DNA of 59,453 bases, counting the filler. It is 5 parts of 5 records of this genome, joined end to end, with 100 filler letters (N's around TTAATTAATTAA, not from the genome) between each part and the next. Parts side by side here need not be neighbours in the genome. Positions count along the whole stretch, not along the records: positions 25,612 to 36,237 come from SRR31156797_5747; positions 36,338 to 51,783 come from SRR31156797_5750; 3 more parts are not named here. One strand, written 5' to 3'. The position numbers and the translations under genes are program-made. Shown here in pieces: positions 28,734 to 38,723 of the stretch. Every line of letters begins with the position of its first letter. Positions within the stretch are counted from its first letter, which is position 1. The notes beneath the pieces are model-generated. The model saw only the letters and a list, made by a program, of their open reading frames with translations. It had not been told where the DNA came from and searched no databases.

Positions 28734-30284
28734 ATGAAAAAAAGATTATTTAATATGCACAAACTAATAGGAGTAAATATTCTTCTATTTTTTTTCATCT
28801 CACTATTTTTTGGTATTATAACTATATTTCAACCACATATTAGTTTCTGGGAAGATTCTAATAAACATATTTCACATATAAATATTGAAGATATAGATTT
28901 AAACAAATGCCTTGAACAAGTAAAAAAAAGAACATACTTTGGAGAAAATGGGAAAAAAGTAAGTAATGATTTAATCAAAATAAACCTTCCTTCAAAACAA
29001 ACAAAAGCAACAAACCTCATAAGAGTTGTAAATAGACCTCACTTTTATTTAGACCCACATACCTGTAAAAAAATTAGAGGAAAAAGTTTTGAGATATCAC
29101 AATTTTTTGACAAAATTCATACTGGAAGAATTTTCAATTCTCTAATTTTTAGAATACTATTTGGTTTTATGTCTGTTGCTGTTGTTTTTTTATCTTTAAC
29201 AGGTCTTTTTTTAATTATAAAAAACAATTATAGAAATGGCAAAACAAAAAGTTTAAAAGGGTTTTATGCCAAATATCATAGATTGTTATTTCTTTATACT
29301 TTACCTATAGTTTTTATGTTTGGACTAACAGGGGCATTATTTAATCTTGGAATTTTTAGTTCTCCACTAATTACAAAATATCTAACAAATGGACAAACTG
29401 GAAATATCTTAAAAGTTGAAAAAAATATTCTTGTAGACAAAGACTTAAAAGTGTATGCTCCAAGCAAAAAAGTAAAAACACTAGAGTTATCAACTTTATA
29501 TTTTGAAGCAAAAAAACAATTTGACAATGTCTCTTTTTATGCAATGCATATTTATAACTATGATGATATCAATGCAAGAGTTAAATTTATAGGGTATGAA
29601 CCTGATAAACTTTTTATAAGCTCAATGACAAATGAGTCTTATGTAATTTTAAGTGGAACAACAGGAAAAGTTTTAGATAAAAAAGATGCAACGCAAGGTT
29701 CTTTTGTAGAAAAAACTTTAGATTCTATTTTCTTTTTACACTATCTAAGAACATTTATGGATATTCCTAGAATTTTATTTTCATTAATTTGTTTTATGTT
29801 TTTAGTTGGGCTTATCTACGCTATGACACTTTGGTTAGAAAGAGCAAAAAAAGATAAATTTACCTATAAAGTTTTAAAGCCATTTAGCTTTACAATCATC
29901 TTAGGTTCTATTTTCTCTTTTTCTATACTACTTGCAAGTAATTGGGTTTTAAAAAAAGAGTTTATAAGTTTTACACTAAATAATAAACTATACTTTACAC
30001 AAGAAGTTTTATTTTATCTATCTTTTGTATTTATATTTTTATTGATTTTTATTCAAAAGAATTTATATAAGACAACTAAAATATCTTTATATCTAAGTTC
30101 ATTTTTTATGATTTTAGCTGTAATAAACCACAATATTTTTAGTGGTTTCAATCTTAAGAGTCTATATGAAAAAGGATTGTATGAGATATTTTTTACAGAT
30201 ATTTCATTTATAGTTTTTGCCATTGTATTTTTAGTAATAGCTAAAACTATAAAAATAGAACATTTTACTTTTGATAAAAAGTAA
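28734..30284 (+). CDS. PepSY-associated TM helix domain protein (iron-regulated membrane protein)
   Basis: Four conserved His in TM-flanking motifs (MHKLIG, KIHTG, KYHRLL, FLHY) and many TM segments. Follows a TonB receptor. Confidence 0.82.
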   Translation: MKKRLFNMHKLIGVNILLFFFISLFFGIITIFQPHISFWEDSNKHISHINIEDIDLNKCLEQVKKRTYFGENGKKVSNDLIKINLPSKQTKATNLIRVVNRPHFYLDPHTCKKIRGKSFEISQFFDKIHTGRIFNSLIFRILFGFMSVAVVFLSLTGLFLIIKNNYRNGKTKSLKGFYAKYHRLLFLYTLPIVFMFGLTGALFNLGIFSSPLITKYLTNGQTGNILKVEKNILVDKDLKVYAPSKKVKTLELSTLYFEAKKQFDNVSFYAMHIYNYDDINARVKFIGYEPDKLFISSMTNESYVILSGTTGKVLDKKDATQGSFVEKTLDSIFFLHYLRTFMDIPRILFSLICFMFLVGLIYAMTLWLERAKKDKFTYKVLKPFSFTIILGSIFSFSILLASNWVLKKEFISFTLNNKLYFTQEVLFYLSFVFIFLLIFIQKNLYKTTKISLYLSSFFMILAVINHNIFSGFNLKSLYEKGLYEIFFTDISFIVFAIVFLVIAKTIKIEHFTFDKK

Positions 30285-30286
30285 AA

Positions 30287-31999
30287 TTAAATACTAACTG
30301 TAAAACAAGCTCCATCTTTAGAGTTTTTTGCAGTTAGTTCCCCTTTAAAGTGAGAGTTAATAATAGTTTTTGACATATAAAGACCTATTCCACTTCCTTC
30401 CTCTTTTGTAGAAAAATATGGTTCAAAAATCTTATTAATATTTTTTTCATCTATTCCTCCAGCATTGTCACAAACAGTTGTTATACTTTTGCCTTCTACT
30501 CTAGTTATTTTGATAAAAATATACGGATCTTTAATTTGATTATTAATCAATTCATCTTTTGCATTTGTCAAGAGGTTTAAGATTACTTGAGCGAATTCAT
30601 TTTTATAAGATTTTATTTGTTGATCTTTAACAACCATCAAATCTAATTTTATATTATAAATTTCCAATAATGGATACATAATAGTAATTGAACTTTCTAC
30701 AGCCTCAGATATCCAAAAAAGTTCTTTTTCTTTTTCAGGTTTATAAAAATCCCTAAAACTATTAATTGTATTTGACATAAACTCTATTTGCTCATTACTT
30801 TCTATAATTTTATTTTTTAGAAAAGCTTTATCAATAGTCTTATCTTCCAAAGCTAGTTGCATATTCATATTAACAAAACCTAGATGAGTTAAAGGCTGTC
30901 TCCATTGATGTGCAATATTATTTATCATTTCTCCCATTGAAGCTAGTTTACTTTTGTGTACCAATAATTTTTCTTTTTCATTTTGTTCATCAACTATCTC
31001 TTTTAACATAACACCAAGGGCAAAACTAAAAACTAAAGACTCTAAGGGTGTTGCGATGTGCATTGCATAAATACCACTTAAAGGGAACATTCTATTTTCA
31101 GTAATAAAAATAAAACAACACATGATAAACCATCCAATAGTATAAATCGTTGCATATTTTATTTTTTTATTTATAGCTATAAATCCAGCTATACTAGGGA
31201 TTAAAAAGCCTATATAAAAAGGCATATACTCATATAAAATTGAATATTTAAAAATTAAAATTAGAAAAATATCTAATATATTTAAGACAACAAATAAATT
31301 TAAAACTTTATCCATAAATGGCATATGTGTTTTTGTATATAAAATCTCTTTTACAAAAAGAATAGTAAATAAAAAAGCAGAGGTTTCACAAATATCAACT
31401 GCAGCTTGTTGATAACTGTAAATGTAAGCTTGAAAACTAAAATATGTAAACCACAATAAAGAAAATAAAACAGATAACTGCATTAGTGAGTAATATAAAA
31501 AACATTTCAGTCTTGTTGAAAAATAGATGATTATATAATAAAGAAATGCACAAAAAATTATCCCATATGCCAAACCATATAAAATCCCTTCATAATGAAG
31601 TATATTATCGTGTTCAAATTCATTTATGACATTTACTCTAAACTCACCCCATTTTGGCTTTTTATATTTATATTCAAACTTTAAAGTTTCAGGTGAATTT
31701 TTATCTAGTTTTACAATCATTATATGATTTTGCCGAACAAATTGTGTATTTATATAAGATAAAGAATCCACATCTGAGACAATTGTCATATAATAAGTTT
31801 CTTTTTCTAACACATCTTTATTTAAATGCATTTTGATGGAAAACTCTTTTAAATCTTTTCTTTTATAAGTTTTATGACTTAAAGGTTTGTATTCACCTTT
31901 ATTTTCAGATAAATATACATTATTAACTGTTTTATTATAAAATTTGATATTTGCAAAACCTTGCAATAAGAAAAGTAATAAAAGAAATACTATTTTCAT
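30287..31999 (-). CDS. 7TM-DISM sensor histidine kinase
   Basis: YGIIFCAFLYYIIIYF 7TM region, ASMGEMINNIAHQWRQPL and FEPYFSTK.EGSGIGL. Confidence 0.88.
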   Translation of the reverse strand: MKIVFLLLLFLLQGFANIKFYNKTVNNVYLSENKGEYKPLSHKTYKRKDLKEFSIKMHLNKDVLEKETYYMTIVSDVDSLSYINTQFVRQNHIMIVKLDKNSPETLKFEYKYKKPKWGEFRVNVINEFEHDNILHYEGILYGLAYGIIFCAFLYYIIIYFSTRLKCFLYYSLMQLSVLFSLLWFTYFSFQAYIYSYQQAAVDICETSAFLFTILFVKEILYTKTHMPFMDKVLNLFVVLNILDIFLILIFKYSILYEYMPFYIGFLIPSIAGFIAINKKIKYATIYTIGWFIMCCFIFITENRMFPLSGIYAMHIATPLESLVFSFALGVMLKEIVDEQNEKEKLLVHKSKLASMGEMINNIAHQWRQPLTHLGFVNMNMQLALEDKTIDKAFLKNKIIESNEQIEFMSNTINSFRDFYKPEKEKELFWISEAVESSITIMYPLLEIYNIKLDLMVVKDQQIKSYKNEFAQVILNLLTNAKDELINNQIKDPYIFIKITRVEGKSITTVCDNAGGIDEKNINKIFEPYFSTKEEGSGIGLYMSKTIINSHFKGELTAKNSKDGACFTVSI

Positions 32000-32697
32000 G
32001 CAATAAGTTCTATCTTATAACCAATTTTTGATATATTTTTGATTTTGTTTTCTGGTAATTTTTTTCTTAAATCTCGAACTAGTAACCTTATGGCATTTTC
32101 ACTCATATATTCATCATACCAAATTCTGTTTTGCAACTCTTCATATGTAACTGCTCTTGGAGATTTTTCACATAACAACTGTATAAAAAGATTTTCATTT
32201 TTTGTAAGCTTAACTGTTTTTTCATCTATTATTAAAAGTTCGTTAAAAGTATCATAAAAACAGCTTTTTGAGATATATTTTTTATTATTTGAATTCTCAA
32301 ATAAATTTTTTGCACAATTCATTAACAAAGGGTATATAGTTTCATGTTTAATTGGTTTAGTAAGGTATTTAACCAAACCCAAATCAATTGCATCCAATAA
32401 ATAGTTTTTATCTGTAAAAGCAGACAATACTATAAACTGAGTTTTTTTATCAGATTCTCTTACCTTTCTTATCATATCTAATCCACTTATTTTAGGCATT
32501 TTGATATCTGTAATCACAATATGAGGATTCTCTTTTTCCATTAAATCCATAGCTTCATTTGCATTACTTGCTTCAAGTACATTATTAAATAATCTATTTA
32601 GATAAGAAACAGCATTAGTTCTTATTAAATCTTCATCTTCAACATAAAGTATTTTCAATTTTCTATACATATCCTGTGTCATAAGAAAATTATACAA
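31996..32697 (-). CDS. OmpR-family response regulator
   Basis: LYVEDE, TDIKMP and YLTKP receiver, plus winged-helix C-terminus (LRKKL...GYKI). ATGA overlap with the kinase gene. Confidence 0.92.
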   Translation of the reverse strand: MYNFLMTQDMYRKLKILYVEDEDLIRTNAVSYLNRLFNNVLEASNANEAMDLMEKENPHIVITDIKMPKISGLDMIRKVRESDKKTQFIVLSAFTDKNYLLDAIDLGLVKYLTKPIKHETIYPLLMNCAKNLFENSNNKKYISKSCFYDTFNELLIIDEKTVKLTKNENLFIQLLCEKSPRAVTYEELQNRIWYDEYMSENAIRLLVRDLRKKLPENKIKNISKIGYKIELIA

Positions 32698-32714
32698 TAT
32701 CTTTAATTAATTTT

Positions 32715-32733
32715 AATAGTGATTATCATTAGT
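32715..32733. promoter_or_regulatory. Fur box between the divergent response regulator and AraC genes
   Basis: AATAGTGATTATCATTAGT matches GATAATGATAATCATTATC at 14/19 positions. Confidence 0.6.
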
Positions 32734-32776
32734 ATATATTAGTGGTAATTTATATATAATTATGTAAAATATATCT

Positions 32777-33763
32777 ATGGGTACAATTAAAAAAATTAAT
32801 TATTATGAACTTTTAGGTGAAACAAAAAAGCTATCTTCTCCATTTTCTAGAGAACTATTCGTATCTTCTATAAAAGAAGATATAGGTTCTGGGGTAATGA
32901 TTAAATATGATATGGGAAATGGAATAGCAATTTTTACAAGAAGCTTCAAAATAAACAGAGATTTAATATTAATAGAAGAAAGTAATATTTCTGCAGGAGT
33001 TTTTATATTTAATCTTGGAGGAAACCTACTTTTTAAATATAGTGATAAAAGAGAATATCTATTAGAAACAAATTATTTTACAACTGCAATGGCCTCAAAT
33101 AATTTTTCATCTGAAGTAAAACTAGAAAAAGACAAAACATATACAACAATAACCATAGGGATGAAAGAAGAATTGTTTTTAAACTTAACTAATAAGTTTG
33201 ATAATCTACAAGAATATCTTAAACAAGTAGAAAAACATAACTATGCAATTTTAAACAATTCCCAAATTGACCCTAGACAGTTAAATATTTTATCATATTT
33301 TAAAACAAAAAATTCATACGAAAATCTACTAAAAAATCTTTTTATAGAATCAAAAATCAGTGACTTGTCTCACTACACAATAAAAAGAATCATAAATAGT
33401 TCAATCAATACAAAAAATATAAATCTTGAAAAAGACAGAGTTAAATCCCTACAAAAAGCAAAAGAGATTATCATAAAAGAATACTTCAAAAATGACCTTT
33501 CAATCAAAACAATAGCTTATAAAGCAGCAACAAATGAGTGCTATTTGAAAAAAGACTTCAAACTATATTATGGAATGACTATTTATGAAATGTTACAAAA
33601 ACAAAGAATGCAAATAGCAAAAGAGCTACTTCAAAAAGGCTTAAGTGTAAAAGAAATTGCACAAAAAGTTGGATATAAGCATTCTGGAAATTTTAGTAAA
33701 ATATTTTTTAAATATTTTAAAATAATGCCTAGTGATTACAAAAAACAATTCCTTGACTATTAA
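32777..33763 (+). CDS. AraC-family transcriptional regulator (PchR/YbtA-like)
   Basis: C-terminal double HTH (LKKDFKLYYG...VKEIAQKVGYKHSGNFSKIF...PSDY). Lies upstream of a siderophore receptor. Confidence 0.9.
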   Translation: MGTIKKINYYELLGETKKLSSPFSRELFVSSIKEDIGSGVMIKYDMGNGIAIFTRSFKINRDLILIEESNISAGVFIFNLGGNLLFKYSDKREYLLETNYFTTAMASNNFSSEVKLEKDKTYTTITIGMKEELFLNLTNKFDNLQEYLKQVEKHNYAILNNSQIDPRQLNILSYFKTKNSYENLLKNLFIESKISDLSHYTIKRIINSSINTKNINLEKDRVKSLQKAKEIIIKEYFKNDLSIKTIAYKAATNECYLKKDFKLYYGMTIYEMLQKQRMQIAKELLQKGLSVKEIAQKVGYKHSGNFSKIFFKYFKIMPSDYKKQFLDY

Positions 33764-33811
33764 AATTCCCTTTTAAATAAATGATTTCCTCTTATTAGTA
33801 TTAAACATATT

Positions 33812-33830
33812 GATAATCACAATCAATAAT
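33812..33830. promoter_or_regulatory. Fur box upstream of siderophore receptor
   Basis: GATAATCACAATCAATAAT matches the Fur consensus at 14/19 positions. Confidence 0.6.
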
Positions 33831-33863
33831 GCTAGTATTTCCCAAATTTTTTTTGGAGAGAAA

Positions 33864-35906
33864 ATGAAAAAATCGTATTTATCAATCACATTATGTGGAT
33901 TATTATTTGGAAATATTGCCCTTTTTGCAGATGATGAAAAAGAATTAGAAAGCGTTACTATTGTAGGGAATACTTCTTCTAACTATTTAAGTGAAGGTAA
34001 TTCAAATATTACAAGAACTAACTTAAGTTTAGAAAATACACCTAAATCTATTCAAGTATTTAATGAAGAATTAATAGATGATTACCAACCTCAATCTATA
34101 AACGATATTATAGAACTTTCATCAAATACTGTTTTTATAGGTGATAATCATGGTCGAGAAAATATGTTTGCAATTAGAGGTTTTTCGGGTGTCCCTGTTT
34201 TAAGAGATGGATTTAATATAGACAATGCTGTATCTTATCCTGAAGTGTACAACCTTGAAAGTATTGAAGTTTTAAAAGGTCCAGATTCTTTACAATACGG
34301 ACAATCTAGCCCTGGTGGTTTAATAAATTTGGTAAAAAAGAAACCAAAAAAAGAAGCTGTTAATGAGATAGAATTAGAACTAACATCAAACACTTCATAT
34401 GCAACTAAAATGGACCTTACAGGACCACTAAATCAAGAAGGCTCAGCAAGATACAGACTTGTGTCTGTTTATAAAAGTGATGAATCAATAAAAGACTATA
34501 ACTTCAATGAAACAAGATTTTTTATTGCACCAACAATTGAATATGATATAAATGATAATCATACAATCACTTTTCTAAGTGAATATATGAAAGAAAAAAA
34601 ACATTCTGATTTTGGTTCTTTTATTAATAGTAAAGGAGAATTGGCAACAGATGTACAAACAGTTAGTTCTCATCCCGATGAAAAATTAAGTAAAGAGCAA
34701 ACTATCTTAGGGTTTAACCTTGACAGCACTTTTGATACATGGAACTCATCATTAAAATATAGATTTATTGATTATGATATAAATAACCCTAATGTTCATA
34801 TGCCATTTGGATATATTGAAAGTACAAGTACAATTGTAAAATATTTTGCAAGTCAAAGACTTCAGGCTAAAGAGCATGCATTTGAATATACTCTTAATAA
34901 AGAAGCTACAATAGCAGACTTCAAAAATAATATTAGTGTTGGAGTAGATTTTAAAAGAGCTCATTACACTTATGATGGTTATGTTGACTTAACAACACCA
35001 TACTATTTAGACTTAGCAAACATCTCATATGAAACTCTTACTACATTAAGTGAGCATCCTAATGCAACAAAATATTTAGACCAAGATGAAGTTACTAAAA
35101 AATATGGCGTGTTTATTCAAGACTCTATAGATATAACAGATGATTTAATTTTTAGTTTAGGATTAAGATATGATAGAGTTAAACCAAAATCAAGTACAGA
35201 TAAAGATGCTTTATTACCACAAGTTGGTATAGTTTATAAAATAACACCAAAAACTAGCATTTATGCTAATTATTCAGAATCATTTACTCCTCAAACAGAT
35301 GTTGATTCAAATGGAGACACACTAGATCCTGAAGAGGGAAAAGGTTTTGAACTTGGATTAAAACAAAAACTATTTGATGATAATTTTGTTTTAACTACGG
35401 CACTATTTAAAATAGAAAAAAGCAATGTATCTATGGAAGACCCTAGTAATACTCTATACTCAGTAGCAAGTGGGAAACAAGAAAGCAAAGGTATAGAAAT
35501 AGACCTTTCAGGTAAAATAACAGATAACTTATCTATTGTAGCTTCTTATGGTTATACAAAAACTAAAGATAAAGGTACAAATAATGGGAAAGAATTAGCT
35601 GGTATTCCTCACCATTCTGCAAATATTTTTACAACATATAATCTAAGTTCGTTTAATTTACCAAATGCCTATGTTGGTGCAGGTGTTAGATATTTAGGGA
35701 AAAGATATGCAAATGATACAAATACAATATCTATTAAATCAAATATGATTTACAGCCTAAGTGCAGGATATGAAAAAGGTAATTGGAAAACATCTATAGG
35801 AATTCAAAATTTAACAGATGAAGAGTATGTTCAAACAGCAAGAGCTACAAGAGTTACAGTTGGTTCACCAAGAGCAGTAGTTGCATCAATAAGTTATAGA
35901 TTTTAA
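33864..35906 (+). CDS. TonB-dependent siderophore receptor
   Basis: Start MKKSYL (ATG 33864, GGAG RBS), TPKSIQV, IEVLKGPDSLQYG..SPGGLINLVKKKP and C-terminal YRF. Confidence 0.93.
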   Translation: MKKSYLSITLCGLLFGNIALFADDEKELESVTIVGNTSSNYLSEGNSNITRTNLSLENTPKSIQVFNEELIDDYQPQSINDIIELSSNTVFIGDNHGRENMFAIRGFSGVPVLRDGFNIDNAVSYPEVYNLESIEVLKGPDSLQYGQSSPGGLINLVKKKPKKEAVNEIELELTSNTSYATKMDLTGPLNQEGSARYRLVSVYKSDESIKDYNFNETRFFIAPTIEYDINDNHTITFLSEYMKEKKHSDFGSFINSKGELATDVQTVSSHPDEKLSKEQTILGFNLDSTFDTWNSSLKYRFIDYDINNPNVHMPFGYIESTSTIVKYFASQRLQAKEHAFEYTLNKEATIADFKNNISVGVDFKRAHYTYDGYVDLTTPYYLDLANISYETLTTLSEHPNATKYLDQDEVTKKYGVFIQDSIDITDDLIFSLGLRYDRVKPKSSTDKDALLPQVGIVYKITPKTSIYANYSESFTPQTDVDSNGDTLDPEEGKGFELGLKQKLFDDNFVLTTALFKIEKSNVSMEDPSNTLYSVASGKQESKGIEIDLSGKITDNLSIVASYGYTKTKDKGTNNGKELAGIPHHSANIFTTYNLSSFNLPNAYVGAGVRYLGKRYANDTNTISIKSNMIYSLSAGYEKGNWKTSIGIQNLTDEEYVQTARATRVTVGSPRAVVASISYRF

Positions 35907-35933
35907 AACAAAACCACTTTCGTGGTTTTGTTT
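35906..35933. terminator. Bidirectional intrinsic terminator between convergent receptor genes
   Basis: AAACAAAACCAC-TTTC-GTGGTTTTGTTT perfect inverted repeat. Confidence 0.8.
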
Positions 35934-35934
35934 A

Positions 35935-36237
35935 TTAGAATGTATATTTTAAAGTTAAAGTAGCGTTTCTAGGTGTTCCATACACCATAGAGTTTGCTCC
36001 AATTCCTTCATAATATTCTTTATCAAAAATATTGTTTACATTTAATTGTAAACTTGTATTTTTATTAAGTTCATATCTAGCCATTGCATTTGCAATTACA
36101 TAAGCTTTTTGAGTGATTTTTCCACCAGATGTTTCTGTGTAATATTTACTTTTATAATTTAAACCACCACCAATAGAAAATTTATCAAATTGGTATTTAC
36201 CAAAAATATTTGCAGTTGTTCTTGAAGCTTTAGTATT
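35935..36237 (-). CDS. TonB-dependent siderophore receptor, C-terminal fragment (truncated by contig end; not in ORF track)
   Basis: Hand translation: ...AMARYELNKNTSLQLNVNNIFDKEYY...YGTPRNATLTLKYTF-stop. Confidence 0.9.
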   Translation of the reverse strand, partial: NTKASRTTANIFGKYQFDKFSIGGGLNYKSKYYTETSGGKITQKAYVIANAMARYELNKNTSLQLNVNNIFDKEYYEGIGANSMVYGTPRNATLTLKYTF

Positions 36238-36337
36238 NNNNNNNNNNNNNNNNNNNNNNNNNNNNNNNNNNNNNNNNNNNNTTAATTAATTAANNNNNNN
36301 NNNNNNNNNNNNNNNNNNNNNNNNNNNNNNNNNNNNN
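36238..36337. other. Artificial contig spacer
   Basis: N-run + TTAATTAATTAA + N-run. Confidence 0.99.
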
Positions 36338-37710
36338 TCTCTAAAATCATCAATTGTTTGAGAAAGGTGTTGTGCCGTAGTATTAATAAGCTCTAAGATC
36401 TCAAACTCTTTCTCTTTTGTAGCCACTCCAAACTCTTTTTCCATTTTTAATCCAGTAGCAGCAGTAGAGATCACTGAGAGAGGTTGTCTCCATTGATGTG
36501 CAATATTTTCAAGCATCTCACCCATTGAAGCCATTTTGGACTGTTGGATAAGCTGTTCATTTTTCATCTCCAACTCTGCATTTGCCAAAACCTCTTTCGT
36601 GATATCAAGCTTTAGTGCAACAAACTCTATAATATTTCCTTTATTATCAAATACTGGGGTAATAGATGCTTTTTCATATCGTGTTTCCCCGTTTTTATTG
36701 AGATTGATAAACTCACCAAACCACTTATGTCCATTGTGTATGGTATCGTGAAGCTTTTGATAAAATTCAGGGGAGAGTTTATTGGATCGTAAAAGACTTG
36801 GTTTTTTCCCTTTCACCTCTTCAAAAGTATATCCAGTAGATTTGATAAAAGCATCATTCACATATTTTATTTTTTCATTTTTATCAGTTACTACTACGAT
36901 ATTATCGCTATTTTCAATAGTCTTTTTAAATCTTTCAACTTGAATATTTTTTAGAAAGATCTGTGAAGAATAGTAGATATAAAACACAACAAATAAAATA
37001 AGTATCACTAATAAAACAATTACAGAGTTTTGCGCTTTAAAGATACTGCTATTTGTCAGAACTTCATATTCATAGGAGATATCATCAAGTTGTTTATCTA
37101 TTTTTAAAAGTGCGATTTTCTCTTTAATAATTTTAAACTCTTGTAGTTTACTGATTATTATCTTCGCATGATTTAAGAACATTGTTTCATATTTATTCTT
37201 TGGCTCTGTTTTATTTAGAGTCTCTAAAACTGTTTGAATATCAAAGTTATCACTAAAATTACTCATAAGCACCGTTGCATATATCTCATTAAATCGATTT
37301 GAATCCATATACCTTTTGATTTTTGGCATAAAATGGTAAGAGTTATTGATGAGAGAATTGATAGATTTAATATCTTGAATCATAGCTACTTTATTATCAA
37401 TATCATTTTGTAGCTTTTGAACTTTTTGTTTTAACTGCTTTGAGAGAGCATCATTTAACACTTTGTGTTCTAATAAGATTTTAAAATTATTTTTTAACAT
37501 ATTAATCTTATTTTCAATAGTATCAAAATTTATAAAGTTATCACTTTTTTTAGTAAATAGATCGAGTTCTTTATTGACTAAAATAATTGTATCAATAGTT
37601 TTATCAAGTTGCATAAAATCTTGAATATCGTCTTTAGTACTTTTAATATTGATCACTAATGTTGCAATAACAATTAGAAAAAGAAATGAACTAATGAGTG
37701 CTTTTTGCAT
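36338..37710 (-). CDS. Membrane PAS sensor histidine kinase with all-helical (DAHL-like) periplasmic domain, 3' truncated
   Basis: Two TM segments flank a helical domain, followed by PAS (YVNDAF..STGYT.EEV.GK.P) and ASMGEMLENIAHQWRQPL. Confidence 0.85.
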
Positions 37711-38647
37711 CTACCATATCATCTTTCATAATAGCAGGAGTCTTTCCTGTAAGAGCTTTTAAAAACTCTACTATATTATCTACGTCATTTTCCCCTAAAA
37801 TTGTCCCTATTTGATAATGGATCATAGTAGAAACAGCTTCTTTTAAACTTTCTACTTTTCCATCGTGAAAATATGGAGCAGTTAACTCTATATTTCTTAG
37901 AGTTGGAACCTTAAAAACATACTTATCTTTTGTATTATTTGTAACTTCAAATCTTCCCTTATCTGTAGTATCCATATGATACGGCTTTAATAATCCAATA
38001 CGCTGAAAAAGGTTTCCTCCAAGGTTCACACCATTGTGACACCCAATACACCCATACTCTTTAAAAGCTTTAAAGCCCTCTTTTTCTTTATGGGATAATG
38101 CCTTAGTATCACCTCTTAAAAACTGATCAAATCTTGAATTTGGAGTGATTAGAGCTTTTTCAAACTCCGTGATCGCATCACTAATATTATGAGACGTAAT
38201 CCCATCAGGATAAATTGCATTAAACGCTTGTTTGTATTCACTATCTTTTGATAATTTTTTCACTATTTCTTTAAAATCACTTCCCATCTCCACAGGATTA
38301 TGGATAGGACCTTCCACTTGATCAAAAAGATCATTTGCTCTTCCATCCCAAAACTGTGTAAAGTTATACCTTGCATTTAACACAGTTGGACTATTTCTAG
38401 TACCCATTTGTCCATTAATTCCGATAGAAACAGAGAGATTATCATCTCCGCCAGATTCTATTTGATGACATGTTGCACATGATATGGTATTATCACTGCT
38501 AAGTCTTGGATCAAAAAAAAGTTTTTTCCCAAGAGTTGCTTTTTTATGATTGTACTCATCTTCTAAAGGGATAGGAGTAATCAAATTCTGTCCATAAAGA
38601 GTGGTAATGAAAATTAAACTATTAAATAATAAAACTAAACTTTTCAT
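37691..38647 (-). CDS. Di-heme cytochrome c peroxidase (CCP/MauG family)
   Basis: LGKKLFFDPRLS, CATCH, QFWDGRA, CIGCH and FKVPTLRNIELTAPYFHDG. Confidence 0.92.
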   Translation of the reverse strand: MKSLVLLFNSLIFITTLYGQNLITPIPLEDEYNHKKATLGKKLFFDPRLSSDNTISCATCHQIESGGDDNLSVSIGINGQMGTRNSPTVLNARYNFTQFWDGRANDLFDQVEGPIHNPVEMGSDFKEIVKKLSKDSEYKQAFNAIYPDGITSHNISDAITEFEKALITPNSRFDQFLRGDTKALSHKEKEGFKAFKEYGCIGCHNGVNLGGNLFQRIGLLKPYHMDTTDKGRFEVTNNTKDKYVFKVPTLRNIELTAPYFHDGKVESLKEAVSTMIHYQIGTILGENDVDNIVEFLKALTGKTPAIMKDDMVDAKSTH

Positions 38648-38723
38648 AATGATATTATAGTAAATTTTTTATAAATAAGCAAAATTAATAACTAGTTTTA
38701 TACAAAAACTATATAATACTTTT

